Positions 1 to 10,392 of a stretch of DNA of 64,000 nucleotides are shown here, piece by piece. The position numbers and the translations under genes were made by a program. Below the pieces are notes generated by a model. It was not told the DNA's origin. It ran no database searches and worked only from the letters and a program-made list of their open reading frames with translations. Positions within the stretch are counted from its first letter, which is position 1; each line of letters begins with the position of its first letter. The stretch covers positions 64,001 through 128,000 of the forward strand of contig CAVZRV010000013.1 of the NCBI GenBank assembly GCA_963777605.1. The letters are read 5' to 3'. Source of the stretch: an uncultured Acidobacteriota bacterium (GTDB lineage Bacteria > Acidobacteriota > UBA6911 > RPQK01 > JAPXNP01).

Positions 1-1
1 C

Positions 2-1285
2 GATGGAGACCTTCAGGGCTACCCGTTGAACCCGACCCAGTTCGAGATCGCTCCGGACGCCCAGTACGCGGCCCTGGGTCGGGAGATGTTCGACATTCCT
101 GCCGGAGAGAGCCATTCGGGTTGGGCCAGGCTGGTTTCGACCGATCCGGAGATCGGCAGCTTCTTCCAGTTCGGAAACGGGCTGGTTGGCCCGCTGACGA
201 AGATGGATGGGTCCACGGCCTGGACGACGCAATCCCAGAAGCTCTACTTCACCCGGATCTACCAGGGACAGGCGGTGTATCCCTCCTACAGCGGGCTCAA
301 GGATGCGACGACCTGGCTCTCGATCGTGAACCCGAACGAGCAGGACATCACCGTAACGATGCAGCTGTTCAGCCCCCAGGGTGCCCAGATTGGGACCAAC
401 GTGGTCCGGCCCATTGCAGCCCAGGGGCGGATTTTCGACACGGTCGCATCGATCTTCAACCGGGATGGCGATCCGTTCTATGACGGGTACGTCAAGGTGG
501 TGGTGGATGGCCCCGGCGCAATTGGGTTCGAGATGATCGAACTCGCCGACAGCCTGTTTGGACTGAACGCCGCAACCGATACCGCGGCCCAGGTTCTCTA
601 TTCGGCCCAGTTGGGACACGGATCCACAATTTATACGAGTCTGAAGCTCGTCAATCCAACCAGTACGGTGGCTACCGTCACCGTGAGAGCTTTCATTCGT
701 GAGGCCGGGGGGACGATTGGTGAGCGAGTGTTTGGCCCGTTTCAGCTCGGGCCAAATCAGGCCCTCCAGCAGACGGCCGCAGCCATGTTTGGCCTTGGGC
801 CTGGCGGCACGGACCTGGTGGAAGGATCGATGCGCGTGAACGTGGAGGGGGCGGGAGCTTTCGTCGTCGGTGACGTCGTTTTCGGCGATCCGCAGTCGGC
901 CCGCTTTGCGGCGGCCCTTCCACTGCAGTCGCGTCTTTTCCGGAAGGCCGTGCAGGGACAAATTTCCAACGGCCGAGTGCCCGGTAATCCGTCACTCGAT
1001 TCCTTTACCGGGCTGGCGCTCTTCAACCCGAACACCACTTCGGCGCACGTGACCGTGGAGGTTTTTGACAAGGACGGCAACAGCGTCGGCAGCAAGGAGC
1101 TCACGTTGAAGGCCAACGAACGGATCTCCAAGCTTCTCTACGAGACGGATTTCGTTCCGGAGAGCCTCGGGCTGATTCGAGGATATGTCGTCCTCACGGC
1201 CGATCAGCCGATCGTGGCCCAGCAACTCTTCGGGAATCTGGCTCTGGACTACCTCTCCGCCGTGGTCCCGACCATTGTGGAGTAG
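2..1285 (+). CDS. C-terminal part of a large secreted protein with repeated beta-sandwich modules (Acidobacteria-type, unknown function); truncated by the window start
   Basis: Frame is open from position 2. Three similar modules (TWLSIVNP, TSLKLVNP, TGLALFNP), each followed by GY/GS-x-x-V and an 'IG/VG/VA' strand. Confidence 0.7.
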   Translation, partial: DGDLQGYPLNPTQFEIAPDAQYAALGREMFDIPAGESHSGWARLVSTDPEIGSFFQFGNGLVGPLTKMDGSTAWTTQSQKLYFTRIYQGQAVYPSYSGLKDATTWLSIVNPNEQDITVTMQLFSPQGAQIGTNVVRPIAAQGRIFDTVASIFNRDGDPFYDGYVKVVVDGPGAIGFEMIELADSLFGLNAATDTAAQVLYSAQLGHGSTIYTSLKLVNPTSTVATVTVRAFIREAGGTIGERVFGPFQLGPNQALQQTAAAMFGLGPGGTDLVEGSMRVNVEGAGAFVVGDVVFGDPQSARFAAALPLQSRLFRKAVQGQISNGRVPGNPSLDSFTGLALFNPNTTSAHVTVEVFDKDGNSVGSKELTLKANERISKLLYETDFVPESLGLIRGYVVLTADQPIVAQQLFGNLALDYLSAVVPTIVE

Positions 1286-1292
1286 TCTGGTG

Positions 1293-1987
1293 ATGAGCCT
1301 GGAAACGATCACGACTGTGACCCTGGATGTGGGCGGGACGATCCTGTTCCCCCATCCGTCCGTAGGTGAAGTCTACGCCGAGGTAATGGCCTCCCATGGT
1401 CTTGTTGTGGGCCGGGAAGAACTGGAGAAGCGTTTCCAGAAGATGTTCGCCTTGACCCGGACAGGGCCCCGTGCCGTAGTGGATGATGCTGCGGAGAAGC
1501 TCTTCTGGCGCGGTCTGGTCTGGGAAGTAATTGGCGACTTTTGTGCTGAAGACGTTTTTGAGGCTCTCTTCTCAGATCTCTACGACGCCTTCGCTCACCC
1601 CCGTCGCTGGCGGATCGCGGACGATGCAGTCGATGACGATCGGTGGACTGTCGAACCGGGGCTACCGTGTCGCGATCCTGAGCAATGCCGATTCCCGGCT
1701 CCGGCACATCCTGGAAGTCCTGGGCATTGCCCGGCATGGTCGAGAAGGTCTTCATCTCTGCCGAAGTCGGGTGCGAGAAGCCCGACCCGCGAATCTTCCG
1801 CCTCGTGGAGCGGGAACTCGGAGTGAAACCTGGCCAGGTCGTTCATGTCGGGGACAGCGAGTTTCACGACATCGCCGGTGCCCGGGCCGCCGGCTGGGCC
1901 AGTTTCCTGCTGGCCGACCGGTTTGATCCCGTCGGAGGAACGATCGGTTGCCTCGGCGACCTCCTCCAGTTGCTCAATCGAGGCTGA
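1293..1987 (+). CDS. HAD-superfamily hydrolase (REG-2/HAD-IA-like), interrupted by two +1 frameshifts (~1634, ~1731)
   Basis: Motif I LDVGGT, motif II ILSNAD, KPDPRIF and motif IV HVGDS..DIAGA fall in three consecutive frames. Confidence 0.85.
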
Positions 1988-2163
1988 ACGGTCGAACGGG
2001 CCGAGCTGTTCAACTTGTCTGATCGTTCCGACCGGGTCCTTTTCGCGGGCGATCCCTTCGAATACACTAGCCTTGTGCCCGGCGTGGAGTATTGCGCCGG
2101 GCGGGTTAGCGCTGGCGCCGCCGATTGGGGTCGGCATTTCAAGAATTGGAGGGATGCCACTGC

Positions 2164-4654
2164 ATGGCACGAGAGGGAACGCTTTTCTTCACCGATTCGG
2201 TCCGGCGGGCCGGTTATTCGCTGAGTAACCAGTTTGCCGAGCACATGGAGTTCTCGCTCGTCAAGACCCGGAAAACGGCGACCGAGTATGATTTCTACCA
2301 GGCGCTTTCACTGGCGGTGAAAGATCGTCTGATCCGCAAATGGCTGCGGACCCAGCACCACTACGTGGAGCAGGACTCCAAGCAGGTCTACTACCTTTCA
2401 CTCGAATTCCTGATGGGGCGGCTGCTCGGCAACACGCTGATCAACATGGAGTTTTACGATCAGTGCCGGGAGATTCTGCTCAAGGACGGCATCAACCTGG
2501 AAGAGATCATGGAACTCGAGTACGACATGGCCCTCGGCAACGGCGGGTTGGGTCGACTGGCGGCCTGCTACCTGGATTCGATGGCGACCATCGGGATTCC
2601 CGCCTGCGGCTATGGAATTCGCTATGAATACGGGATTTTTCGCCAGGAATTGCGCAACGGCTACCAGGTCGAGCAGCCCGACAACTGGCTCAGCTTTGGG
2701 AACCCCTGGGAAACGCTGCGGCGCGACATTACCTACCGGGTCCACTTTCACGGCCGTCTCGAGCCCCAGGGCGGGCCGGCCGGGTTGGCAACCCGATGGG
2801 TTGAGACCGAAGATGTCCTGGCGGTGGCCTACGACGTCCCGGTTCCGGGGTACCGGACCGAAACCGTGAACAACCTCCGGCTCTGGCAGGCCAAGTCAAC
2901 CAACGATTTCAGTTTCAGTGAGTTCGACCGGGGCAATTACCTGGCTGCCGTGGAAGACAAGAATCGCTCGGAGAACATTTCCAAGGTCCTCTATCCGAAT
3001 GACTCATCGGCCCAGGGAAAGATCCTGCGCCTGAAACAGGAATACTTTTTCGTTTCTGCTTCACTTCAGGATATTATTAGTAACTACCTGTTAAAAAAAG
3101 ATTCTTTTGATGATTTTCCGGAGAAGATTTTCATTCAGCTCAACGATACCCACCCGGTCATCGCGATCCCGGAGTTGATGCGGTTGCTCATCGATGAACA
3201 CGGGCTGGACTGGGACCGGGCCTGGTCCATTAGCCGGCGGTGCTTCGGGTACACCAACCACACTGTGGTTCCCGAGGCCCTGGAAGAGTGGCCGGTGGAG
3301 GTGCTGGAAAGCCTGGTTCCGCGTCACCTGCAGATCATCTACGAGATCAATTCCCGATTTTCTGGCTTCGGTACGCCGAAGTCGAGCGGCGAATGAACGG
3401 GAGATCGCCGAACTTTCGATCATTCGGGAGTTTCCCGAAAAGACGGTTCGCATGGCCAATCTGGCAGTCGTGACCAGCACTGCCGTCAACGGCGTGGCTT
3501 CGTTGCACACCGAGATCCTGAAAACCCGGATCTTCCCCCTTTTCGACCGTCTCTTCCCGGGGAAGATTCAGAGCATCACCAACGGGATCACTCCCCGGCG
3601 CTGGCTCAAGGTCGCCAACCCGTTTCTGTCCAGTCTGATCACCGAGACGATTGGCGACGGGTGGGTCACCAACCTGGAAGAACTGAGGAAGCTGGAGCCT
3701 TTTGCCGAGGACGAGGCCTTTCGGGAGGCCTGGGCGAATGTCAAGACGGCCCAAAAACTTCTCCTCAAGCGGGAGATCGAGCGAGAGTCGGATCTTCGGG
3801 TGAAAGTGGATTCACTGTTCGATTCCCAGGTGAAGCGGTTCCACCTGTACAAGCGCCAGTTGCTCAATGCCCTGCACATGATCACTCTGTACAACAGGAT
3901 TCGGCGGGACCCCGGGGAAAACCATCTGCCGCGCACGATTGTCGTGGGGGGCAAGGCGGCCCCGGCCTATGTCGAGGCCAAGCTGGTCATCAAGTTGATC
4001 AATTCCATCGCGGACGTGGTCAACCGGGATCCGGCGGTCAAAGGGTTGTTGCAGATCGTGTTCATGCCCAACTACTCGGTTGCGCTGGCCGAGAAGATCA
4101 TTCCTGCGACCGAGTTGTCGGAGCAGATTTCGACCGCAGGATACGAAGCTTCCGGTACGGGAAACATGAAGCTTGCGCTCAACGGGGCGCTCACCATCGG
4201 GACCTTGGACGGCGCGAACATTGAGATCATGGACGAAGTCGGCCGGGAGAACATGTTCATTTTCGGGCTCAACGCGGACGAAGTTGCCCGTCGCCACCAG
4301 GGAGGGTACCGGCCGCGCGATTTTTACGAGCAGGACGCTGAACTTCGTGAAGTCATCGACATGATTGAGGGCGGCTACTTCAATCCCGATGAGCCGGGTA
4401 TCTTCGGAATTCTCGTGCAGGAACTTCTTGAACGTGATTTCTTTTGTTTGCTGGCAGATTACTCGGCATATATTAAGGCTCAACTCGAAGTAGAATCGGT
4501 CTATCGCAATAGCCACGAGTGGACTCGCAGGTCAATTCTCAATGTCGCTCGAATCGGTCGATTCTCAAGTGACCGTTCGATCGCGGAGTACAACCGGCAG
4601 ATCTGGCGGGTGGAACCGGTCGCGATTTCCGAGGAGCGGTTCGGATCAATCTGA
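2164..4654 (+). CDS. glgP: Glycogen/starch phosphorylase, +1 frameshift in a T-run at ~3358-3361
   Basis: YYLSLEFLMGR, LGNGGLGRLAAC, QLNDTHP, YTNHT in ORF 2125-3396; NGITPRRW, EASGTGNMK (PLP lysine) and FSSDRSI in ORF 3194-4654. Confidence 0.95.
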
Positions 4655-5262
4655 TGTTCCGTGACTCTCGAGATGAACCAGTCATGGCCTCGATTCAGCA
4701 GGCGGGGAGGCGGCTTCGATCGGTGCCTCCGCGGCGCCTGACTGCTCCGAACGGTAAGGAGGCGGCTGTCCTGATTGCACTGCAGGACCTGGCCGGAGAG
4801 GCCAACTTCCTGTTTACTCGACGGACCCAAACGGTGGCAACCCACAAGGGGCAGATCTCTTTCCCGGGTGGCGTGCGTGAGCGGCAGGATCGGGATCTCA
4901 TTGAGACCGCGTTGCGTGAAACCGAGGAGGAGATCGGGGTAGCCCGGGAGGAGGTCGAGGTCCTCGGAGAGTTCCACGATTACCTGGCCGTCACCGACCT
5001 GCTGGTCCGTTCCGTCGTGGGAATCGTTCCCGGTGACGTGGAATTCCGCCTCTTCCCCGAAGAGGTGGCCTATGTATTGCAAGTCCCGGTTCGCTTCTTC
5101 CAGACGACCGTGCCGGTCGTGGAGCAGCGCCTGGTTCAGGGCCAGGCACGGGACGTCTACTACTTCGATTACGAAGGAGAGACGATCTGGGGGCTGACAG
5201 CCCTGATCGTAGTCGATTTCGTTCAGTTTCTGCGCGATGATTGCGAACCAGGTATTGCATGA
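4654..5262 (+). CDS. Nudix hydrolase, CoA pyrophosphatase family
   Basis: LFTRR..HKGQISFPGG followed by Nudix box TALRETEEEIG, plus IWGLTA. Confidence 0.9.
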   Translation: MFRDSRDEPVMASIQQAGRRLRSVPPRRLTAPNGKEAAVLIALQDLAGEANFLFTRRTQTVATHKGQISFPGGVRERQDRDLIETALRETEEEIGVAREEVEVLGEFHDYLAVTDLLVRSVVGIVPGDVEFRLFPEEVAYVLQVPVRFFQTTVPVVEQRLVQGQARDVYYFDYEGETIWGLTALIVVDFVQFLRDDCEPGIA

Positions 5263-5289
5263 ACTCCGGGCTCTGAATAAGCTCGTCGG

Positions 5290-7179
5290 ATGCCAGTATT
5301 GACCGGAGGCTGGAACCTGGAGGGAGGATTCTCTCACCTTGTCGAAGGTACTTCGCTTGAGCTCCTGCTTCGAGCAGACTCCGCGAACCTCGACCTGGAC
5401 ATTCCGCCCGTCGAATTTCTCAGAAAGCGCCAGGGAGCGACACTGACTTTTCAGGCCAAACGGGCCCTCCGAGGATACCTGCCGAAGCGAGTTTCGTGGA
5501 GAATCGAACCGGACGCCAGAATCATTGCGAAACTGCTCAGGCCTGGAAATGCCTACCTGGGCAATTTCCGGATTCCAAAGGAACAGTTTGGGCTGCAGTG
5601 GACGGTATCGGGAAAGGTCACTGCGACCTCGGCGCGCCGGGTCAGTGACGTCCTCTTCAATTTCCGAAGCGGCAGTCGAGTCACCTTCGCCTGGGTGGAA
5701 GTATTTGACGGAGAGTGGACGGTCCGGGAGGCACTTCTTGCCACATGGACCGGCTTTCGCGATCCCTTTGAAGCGAGAGAAATCGCGCTGATGCGCCCGG
5801 CCCAGGTGAGTCAGTTCAGTTGGTCCGGAAGTGCCCAGATACGGCTGAGCGCCGGTTGGGACCTGGCCCGCGGGTGGGAGCTTGGGGCGGAGTCCGAACC
5901 CTGGTTCGATGTTGCGGCCGGACTGCGAGCCGACATGGGGTTGGATGCCCGCTATACGTGGAGGCGAAGTGGGGACTTCTCACTCCGCTGGTCGAACCGG
6001 AGAGGGGCACTCAGCCTGTCTCTGCGTCGGAACAGCGGATGGGATCGTTCGGCCTCGATCGAAGTTGCCCTGGGAGCCGCCTCCCGGACCCGGGTCAAGT
6101 CCCCGCACGCGCTCCTGGACCCGGCGTTCAAACCGCTCAGGGACAAGGTTAAGGACGGGCTTGTCCGGCGCGCTGAAATCCTCCTGGCGGCGGAGGTCGC
6201 TCGTTGGCGGCGACGCAAGGAGTGGGTCAAGGCGAGCTGGAAACTCCCGCTCCCGCCAGGATTCACCGGAAGCTGTTCCCGGCTTCTCGAGGGCCGGATC
6301 TCTGAAGTCGGCAGTGGCGTCAAGGTTACTTCAGCCCTCGAAACGCTTCGGGGGCGAAGAGCGCGGCTGAGCCTCAACTTCCTGAATTGGCTTTCTCTTG
6401 GAATCGAACGGATTACTGAAGAGTCCGAGCGGTTTGAGCTCGACCCGATGGGCAACCTGCTAATGGAGCGGAACCTCAATGTAGAAAAGCGGCGATGGAG
6501 GGGAGAGAACCTCCGTTTTCTGAGGCTTCTCGCAACGGCCGGCCCCGATTCTCCGGTTCGTTGGGTGTTCGGAACGGAGGGTGCGCTGGAGAGGGAGCAA
6601 TCTCTCCGCGTCCTGAAGGCCGCTCAGAGTTTCGGGGTGCAGTCGCCGGGACGGCAGCCCGCAGAGGCGGAAGCCGCGAACGGCTCGCGGATTGTCTGGG
6701 GAACGGAATTCTCGTCGGCGGCAATCGATCGCATTCGGAATTCGTCGGAGAGGGCCCGCTGGGACGCCCTGGTCCTGGCGCTCGAACTTTCCGAGCCGGA
6801 CCGTTACGGATCGGACAGCTATTGGAGAGACTGGATCGAGTCTCGGGAACTGCGCGAGATCGTTGACCGGGAGCCGCTCCAGGCCCACCTGAGGAACCAT
6901 TACCCTTTACCTGGTCGCAGTGAAATCCAGCGCCGGCAGGCTGTTTCTGAGTATCGGAGATTTCGAAGTTTTCTTCGCTTTCTGGATCGGTGGGCCGGCA
7001 GTGGAAAGACGGAACTGCCGGCCGGAGATGACCTGGAACAGCTTTTGGAGGTTCCGATCTTCTACTTCTTTCACGCGCTCTGTCCGCCGGAAACCCGGAC
7101 GTCCTTTCTCCTCATGACGGGGGAACGGGAGCAGTTCTGGGGTGACGAGCAGTTGTTGAGCGAGATGTTGGAAGGTTAA
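5290..7179 (+). CDS. Hypothetical protein (629 aa, Trp/Arg-rich)
   Basis: Long ORF 28 bp downstream of the Nudix gene on the same strand; no motif recognised. Confidence 0.65.
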   Translation: MPVLTGGWNLEGGFSHLVEGTSLELLLRADSANLDLDIPPVEFLRKRQGATLTFQAKRALRGYLPKRVSWRIEPDARIIAKLLRPGNAYLGNFRIPKEQFGLQWTVSGKVTATSARRVSDVLFNFRSGSRVTFAWVEVFDGEWTVREALLATWTGFRDPFEAREIALMRPAQVSQFSWSGSAQIRLSAGWDLARGWELGAESEPWFDVAAGLRADMGLDARYTWRRSGDFSLRWSNRRGALSLSLRRNSGWDRSASIEVALGAASRTRVKSPHALLDPAFKPLRDKVKDGLVRRAEILLAAEVARWRRRKEWVKASWKLPLPPGFTGSCSRLLEGRISEVGSGVKVTSALETLRGRRARLSLNFLNWLSLGIERITEESERFELDPMGNLLMERNLNVEKRRWRGENLRFLRLLATAGPDSPVRWVFGTEGALEREQSLRVLKAAQSFGVQSPGRQPAEAEAANGSRIVWGTEFSSAAIDRIRNSSERARWDALVLALELSEPDRYGSDSYWRDWIESRELREIVDREPLQAHLRNHYPLPGRSEIQRRQAVSEYRRFRSFLRFLDRWAGSGKTELPAGDDLEQLLEVPIFYFFHALCPPETRTSFLLMTGEREQFWGDEQLLSEMLEG

Positions 7180-7240
7180 AGTCAACCGGTCTCCGCTGCC
7201 GCCGTGGATCATTCAGAGAGTGAAGCTTGCCAAGAGTGCT

Positions 7241-7326
7241 TTGAACCGCAAAGTCGCCAAGGCGCAAAGAAATCTTTTGTTTTCAACAGCAACACTCTTA
7301 GCGCCCTTCGTGCTCTTGCGTTTCAA
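7241..7326. repeat. Imperfect inverted repeat of the AACCGCAAAG..CGCCAAG..CGCAAAG type
   Basis: TTGAACCGCAAAGTCGCCAAGGCGCAAAGA ... TCTTAGCGCCCTTCGTGCTCTTGCGTTTCAA, between convergent genes. Confidence 0.6.
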
Positions 7327-7361
7327 TTCGAGGTCGACAGATGATCTCTGGGAACCGGGTC

Positions 7362-7526
7362 TCGCCGGGCAGGCTGGCCGGCCGACATACCAGGCAGGGT
7401 TGCCTGGGGGTAATACAGGCTGCCAGCCTGTTGGGTTACACGGGCTGCCAGCCCGCGGACAGGAGAGGCGGTTCGGCCAGTCGCCGGGCAAGCTGCCCGG
7501 GCGACATCGCAGGCAAGGTTGCCTGG
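7362..7526. repeat. REP/BIME-like cluster of short palindromes
   Basis: Two ~46-nt units (7362-7407, 7481-7526: CGCCGGGCA.GCTG.CCGG.CGACAT..CAGGCA.GGTTGCCTGG) flank two GGCTGCCAGCC palindromes. A third copy is at 44642-44687. Confidence 0.75.
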
Positions 7527-7527
7527 A

Positions 7528-8526
7528 CTACTCTTCAGGGGCCAGGAACGCTTCAACCGCATCGAGGTAGACCTGGGGAGCCTCCCGGTAGGCAGCACCG
7601 TGGTCCGCTCCTTCCACGAAGAGCAGGCGCTTGTCGGCCCCGGGAATCGCGGCGTAGACCGCTTCGGCTACCGATCGAGGCATTCGGCGGTCCCTGTTTC
7701 CGTAGATGAGGAGGACGGGAACGTGATCGAGTTTGCTGGCGGCTTCGATGACGTTGACCGAGTTTGGCTCGAAGTGCCCGATTCGACAGAAGTTCCAGAG
7801 GAAGACCCGGGAGAAGGGAACTGCCGGGAAGCCCAGCAGGAGTTCCGCGTGATGTTCGACGGTCCGTTCCAGGCTGGCGAAGGGACTGTCGGCGACCAGC
7901 GACTGGATGCGGCCGGGATCCTGGGCGGCTGCCAGTACGACGGCGGCGGCTCCCATCGAAACACCACACAAGGCGATCTTTGAGGCTCCGGTTCGTGATC
8001 TCAGCTGGTCGGCGGCGGCGATGACGTCGAACTGCTCCATGTATCCCAGGGTGATCGGGGCCGGGTCACTGTGGCCATGCCCGCGGAAATCGAACAGAAG
8101 GGCAGGGAATCCCATTTCATTCAACCGGCAGGAGCGTTCCAGTACTTCGTGGCGGTCCCGGAAGAGTCCGTGGCAAAAGACAAACGGGCTGCGGCCGGCC
8201 TTGCCGGGTAGGTACCAACCGCGCAGCACGACGCCATCAGAGCTCGGGAAAGAGACGTCTTCGAAGGGGCGACCGTAGGTGGCCGGGTCCTGGGTCAGAT
8301 GCTGGTCCATAGGCCGGGTGGATGCGTGGGCAAGAAATTGGGAGGCGACAACGGGGAGCGCGACCAGAACCACCAGCGGCAGCAGGACGAGGTAGGCTAC
8401 GCCGGTCCATTTGAGGGTCTGGCGAAGGTGTCCGCGGCGGCCGGTGAGCCGGATGAGTAGCCAGCAGAGCCCTCCCACGATGACTGAAACCAACGCTAGA
8501 GCACCGGAAATGAAAAGCAGGGGCAT
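7528..8526 (-). CDS. Membrane-anchored alpha/beta hydrolase
   Basis: Two N-terminal TM segments, CHG oxyanion motif, nucleophile elbow GVSMG, catalytic Asp (GNRD) and His (GADH). Confidence 0.9.
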   Translation of the reverse strand: MPLLFISGALALVSVIVGGLCWLLIRLTGRRGHLRQTLKWTGVAYLVLLPLVVLVALPVVASQFLAHASTRPMDQHLTQDPATYGRPFEDVSFPSSDGVVLRGWYLPGKAGRSPFVFCHGLFRDRHEVLERSCRLNEMGFPALLFDFRGHGHSDPAPITLGYMEQFDVIAAADQLRSRTGASKIALCGVSMGAAAVVLAAAQDPGRIQSLVADSPFASLERTVEHHAELLLGFPAVPFSRVFLWNFCRIGHFEPNSVNVIEAASKLDHVPVLLIYGNRDRRMPRSVAEAVYAAIPGADKRLLFVEGADHGAAYREAPQVYLDAVEAFLAPEE

Positions 8527-8724
8527 GGGAATCTTGCGGGTAAGTATATGCCAGAGATGTGGAATGAGGCTATTTTAGTAGGCTCCGGTTACAATAGTCG
8601 GAAAATTCCTTGCCCGGATATGAGTTGCCGGAATTGAAGGCCGGTGCTGTTTTCAGGTCAATCGCCGCAGGGAGCGGATCTCAGTTCCGGGGACTGAAGT
8701 CAGAGTTGCAGGAAAGGACGAAGC

Positions 8725-10386
8725 GTGGAACAGCGACCTTGGCACGAGTTTTATGAGCCGGGAATACCGGTAGAGGGAGAGTATCCCGACCTTAATCTGT
8801 ATCAGCTCTTGCAGTGGGCTACCGAAGAGCATTCCGAGGGTGCGGCGACACTCTTCTTCGGGTCAAGAAAGACCTACCGCGAGTTGCTGGCGCAGGTCGA
8901 TCGTTTCGCGGATGTCCTCGCTCACCTCGGAGTGGGGAAGGGGGATCGGGTGGCATTGATCCTGCCCAATTTCCCCGGCTACCCGATCGCTCATTTTGCG
9001 GTCGCCAAGCTGGGCGGGATCCTGGTTCCTACCAATCCACTTTACGTCGAGCGGGAACTCGAACATCAGCTCAACGACTCTGGTTCGAAGACCGTGATCG
9101 TCCTGGACAAGTTGTTGCCGATGCTGGAGAAGGTCCGGCCCCACACGGATGTGCGGAGGATCATCGTGATGTCGGTACGGGATTTCCTGCCCTTCCACCT
9201 CGCGTTTCTTCTTGGACTGAAAGAGAAGTCCAAGGTTGAACAGGACGAGGGGACGGGCCGGTTTCTCTATTCAACCCTGATCAAAGAGGGCCACCCGCGC
9301 CACCCCGGGACGCACGTTCCGACGGAGGAAACGGCGTTGTTGCTTTACACCGGGGGAACCACCGGGCTTTCAAAGGGAGCCGAGTTGACTCACCGGAACG
9401 TGGTCATCAACGTGATACAGACCCGCCGGTGGCTGCGCACCGTGGAAGAGAAGAAAGAGACGATTCTCTGCGTGCTGCCATTCTTCCACAGCTACGGGAT
9501 GACGACGGGGCTGCACCTGGCCGTCGCGGCCCAGTCCGCCATGCTCCTGCTGCCCCGCTTCGAGCTGGCCGATGTGGCCAAGGCGATCAAGAAGCACCGG
9601 CCCACGATCTTTTGCGCCGTTCCATCGATGTACAACGCGATCAACCGATATCCGGACCTCACTCCCGACGACGTTTCGTCGATCAAGCTTTGCGTCAGCG
9701 GTGGAGCTGCCTTGCCGGCTGAGGTGCAGAGCCGCTTTGAAGAGCGTACCGGGGGGAAACTTGTCGAAGGATACGGTCTGACCGAGACGTCACCGGTGGC
9801 AGTGGTGAATCCCCTGCTGGGATTCCGGAAGCTGGGCACCATCGGCATTCCAATTTCCGACACCGACGCCCGCGTGGTCGATCTTGATACGCGTGAGGCA
9901 TTGCCTCCCGGAGAAGTGGGAGAACTGGCGTTGAAGGGGCCTCAGGTGATGAAGGGATACTGGAATCGACCCGAGGAGACCGCCCAGGTTCTGCGGGACG
10001 GCTGGTTACATACGGGCGACATGGCGGTGATGGACGAGGACGGGTTCTTTCGGATCGTCGACCGGAAGAAGGACGTGATCATCAGTGCCGGCATGAATGT
10101 TTACCCGAGGGAGGTCGAAGAGGTCCTCCACCAGCATCCAAAGATTGTCGAGGCCGCGGTTGTCGGAATGCACAGCAAGGTCCGGGAGGAGTCGGTCAAG
10201 GCGTTCGTCGTGGTGGAAAAAGGCCAGACTCTGACCAAGGCGGAAGTCGTCGAGTTCTGTCGGGACAAGTTGTCCAAGTTCAAGATCCCCAGGCAGGTTG
10301 AGATCGTCGATGCGCTCCCGAAAAGCGCCATGGGCAAGGTGCTCAAGCGTGCGCTCAAAGACGACCAGGCGGGGGGCGGGAAGTAG
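8725..10386 (+). CDS. fadD: Long-chain fatty acid--CoA ligase
   Basis: YTGGTTGLSKG, EGYGLTETSP, GWLHTGD, DRKKD, PKSAMGK. Confidence 0.9.
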   Translation: MEQRPWHEFYEPGIPVEGEYPDLNLYQLLQWATEEHSEGAATLFFGSRKTYRELLAQVDRFADVLAHLGVGKGDRVALILPNFPGYPIAHFAVAKLGGILVPTNPLYVERELEHQLNDSGSKTVIVLDKLLPMLEKVRPHTDVRRIIVMSVRDFLPFHLAFLLGLKEKSKVEQDEGTGRFLYSTLIKEGHPRHPGTHVPTEETALLLYTGGTTGLSKGAELTHRNVVINVIQTRRWLRTVEEKKETILCVLPFFHSYGMTTGLHLAVAAQSAMLLLPRFELADVAKAIKKHRPTIFCAVPSMYNAINRYPDLTPDDVSSIKLCVSGGAALPAEVQSRFEERTGGKLVEGYGLTETSPVAVVNPLLGFRKLGTIGIPISDTDARVVDLDTREALPPGEVGELALKGPQVMKGYWNRPEETAQVLRDGWLHTGDMAVMDEDGFFRIVDRKKDVIISAGMNVYPREVEEVLHQHPKIVEAAVVGMHSKVREESVKAFVVVEKGQTLTKAEVVEFCRDKLSKFKIPRQVEIVDALPKSAMGKVLKRALKDDQAGGGK

Positions 10387-10392
10387 GTTCCG

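Noticed and set aside
3350-3400. Programmed frameshifting or pseudogenisation of glgP and the other split genes
   Set aside because: No slippery heptamer with stimulator and no further decay; the uniform +1 insertions point to sequencing error.
7241-7526. Possible CRISPR array
   Set aside because: Repeats are degenerate palindromes without regular unique spacers, and there are no cas genes.
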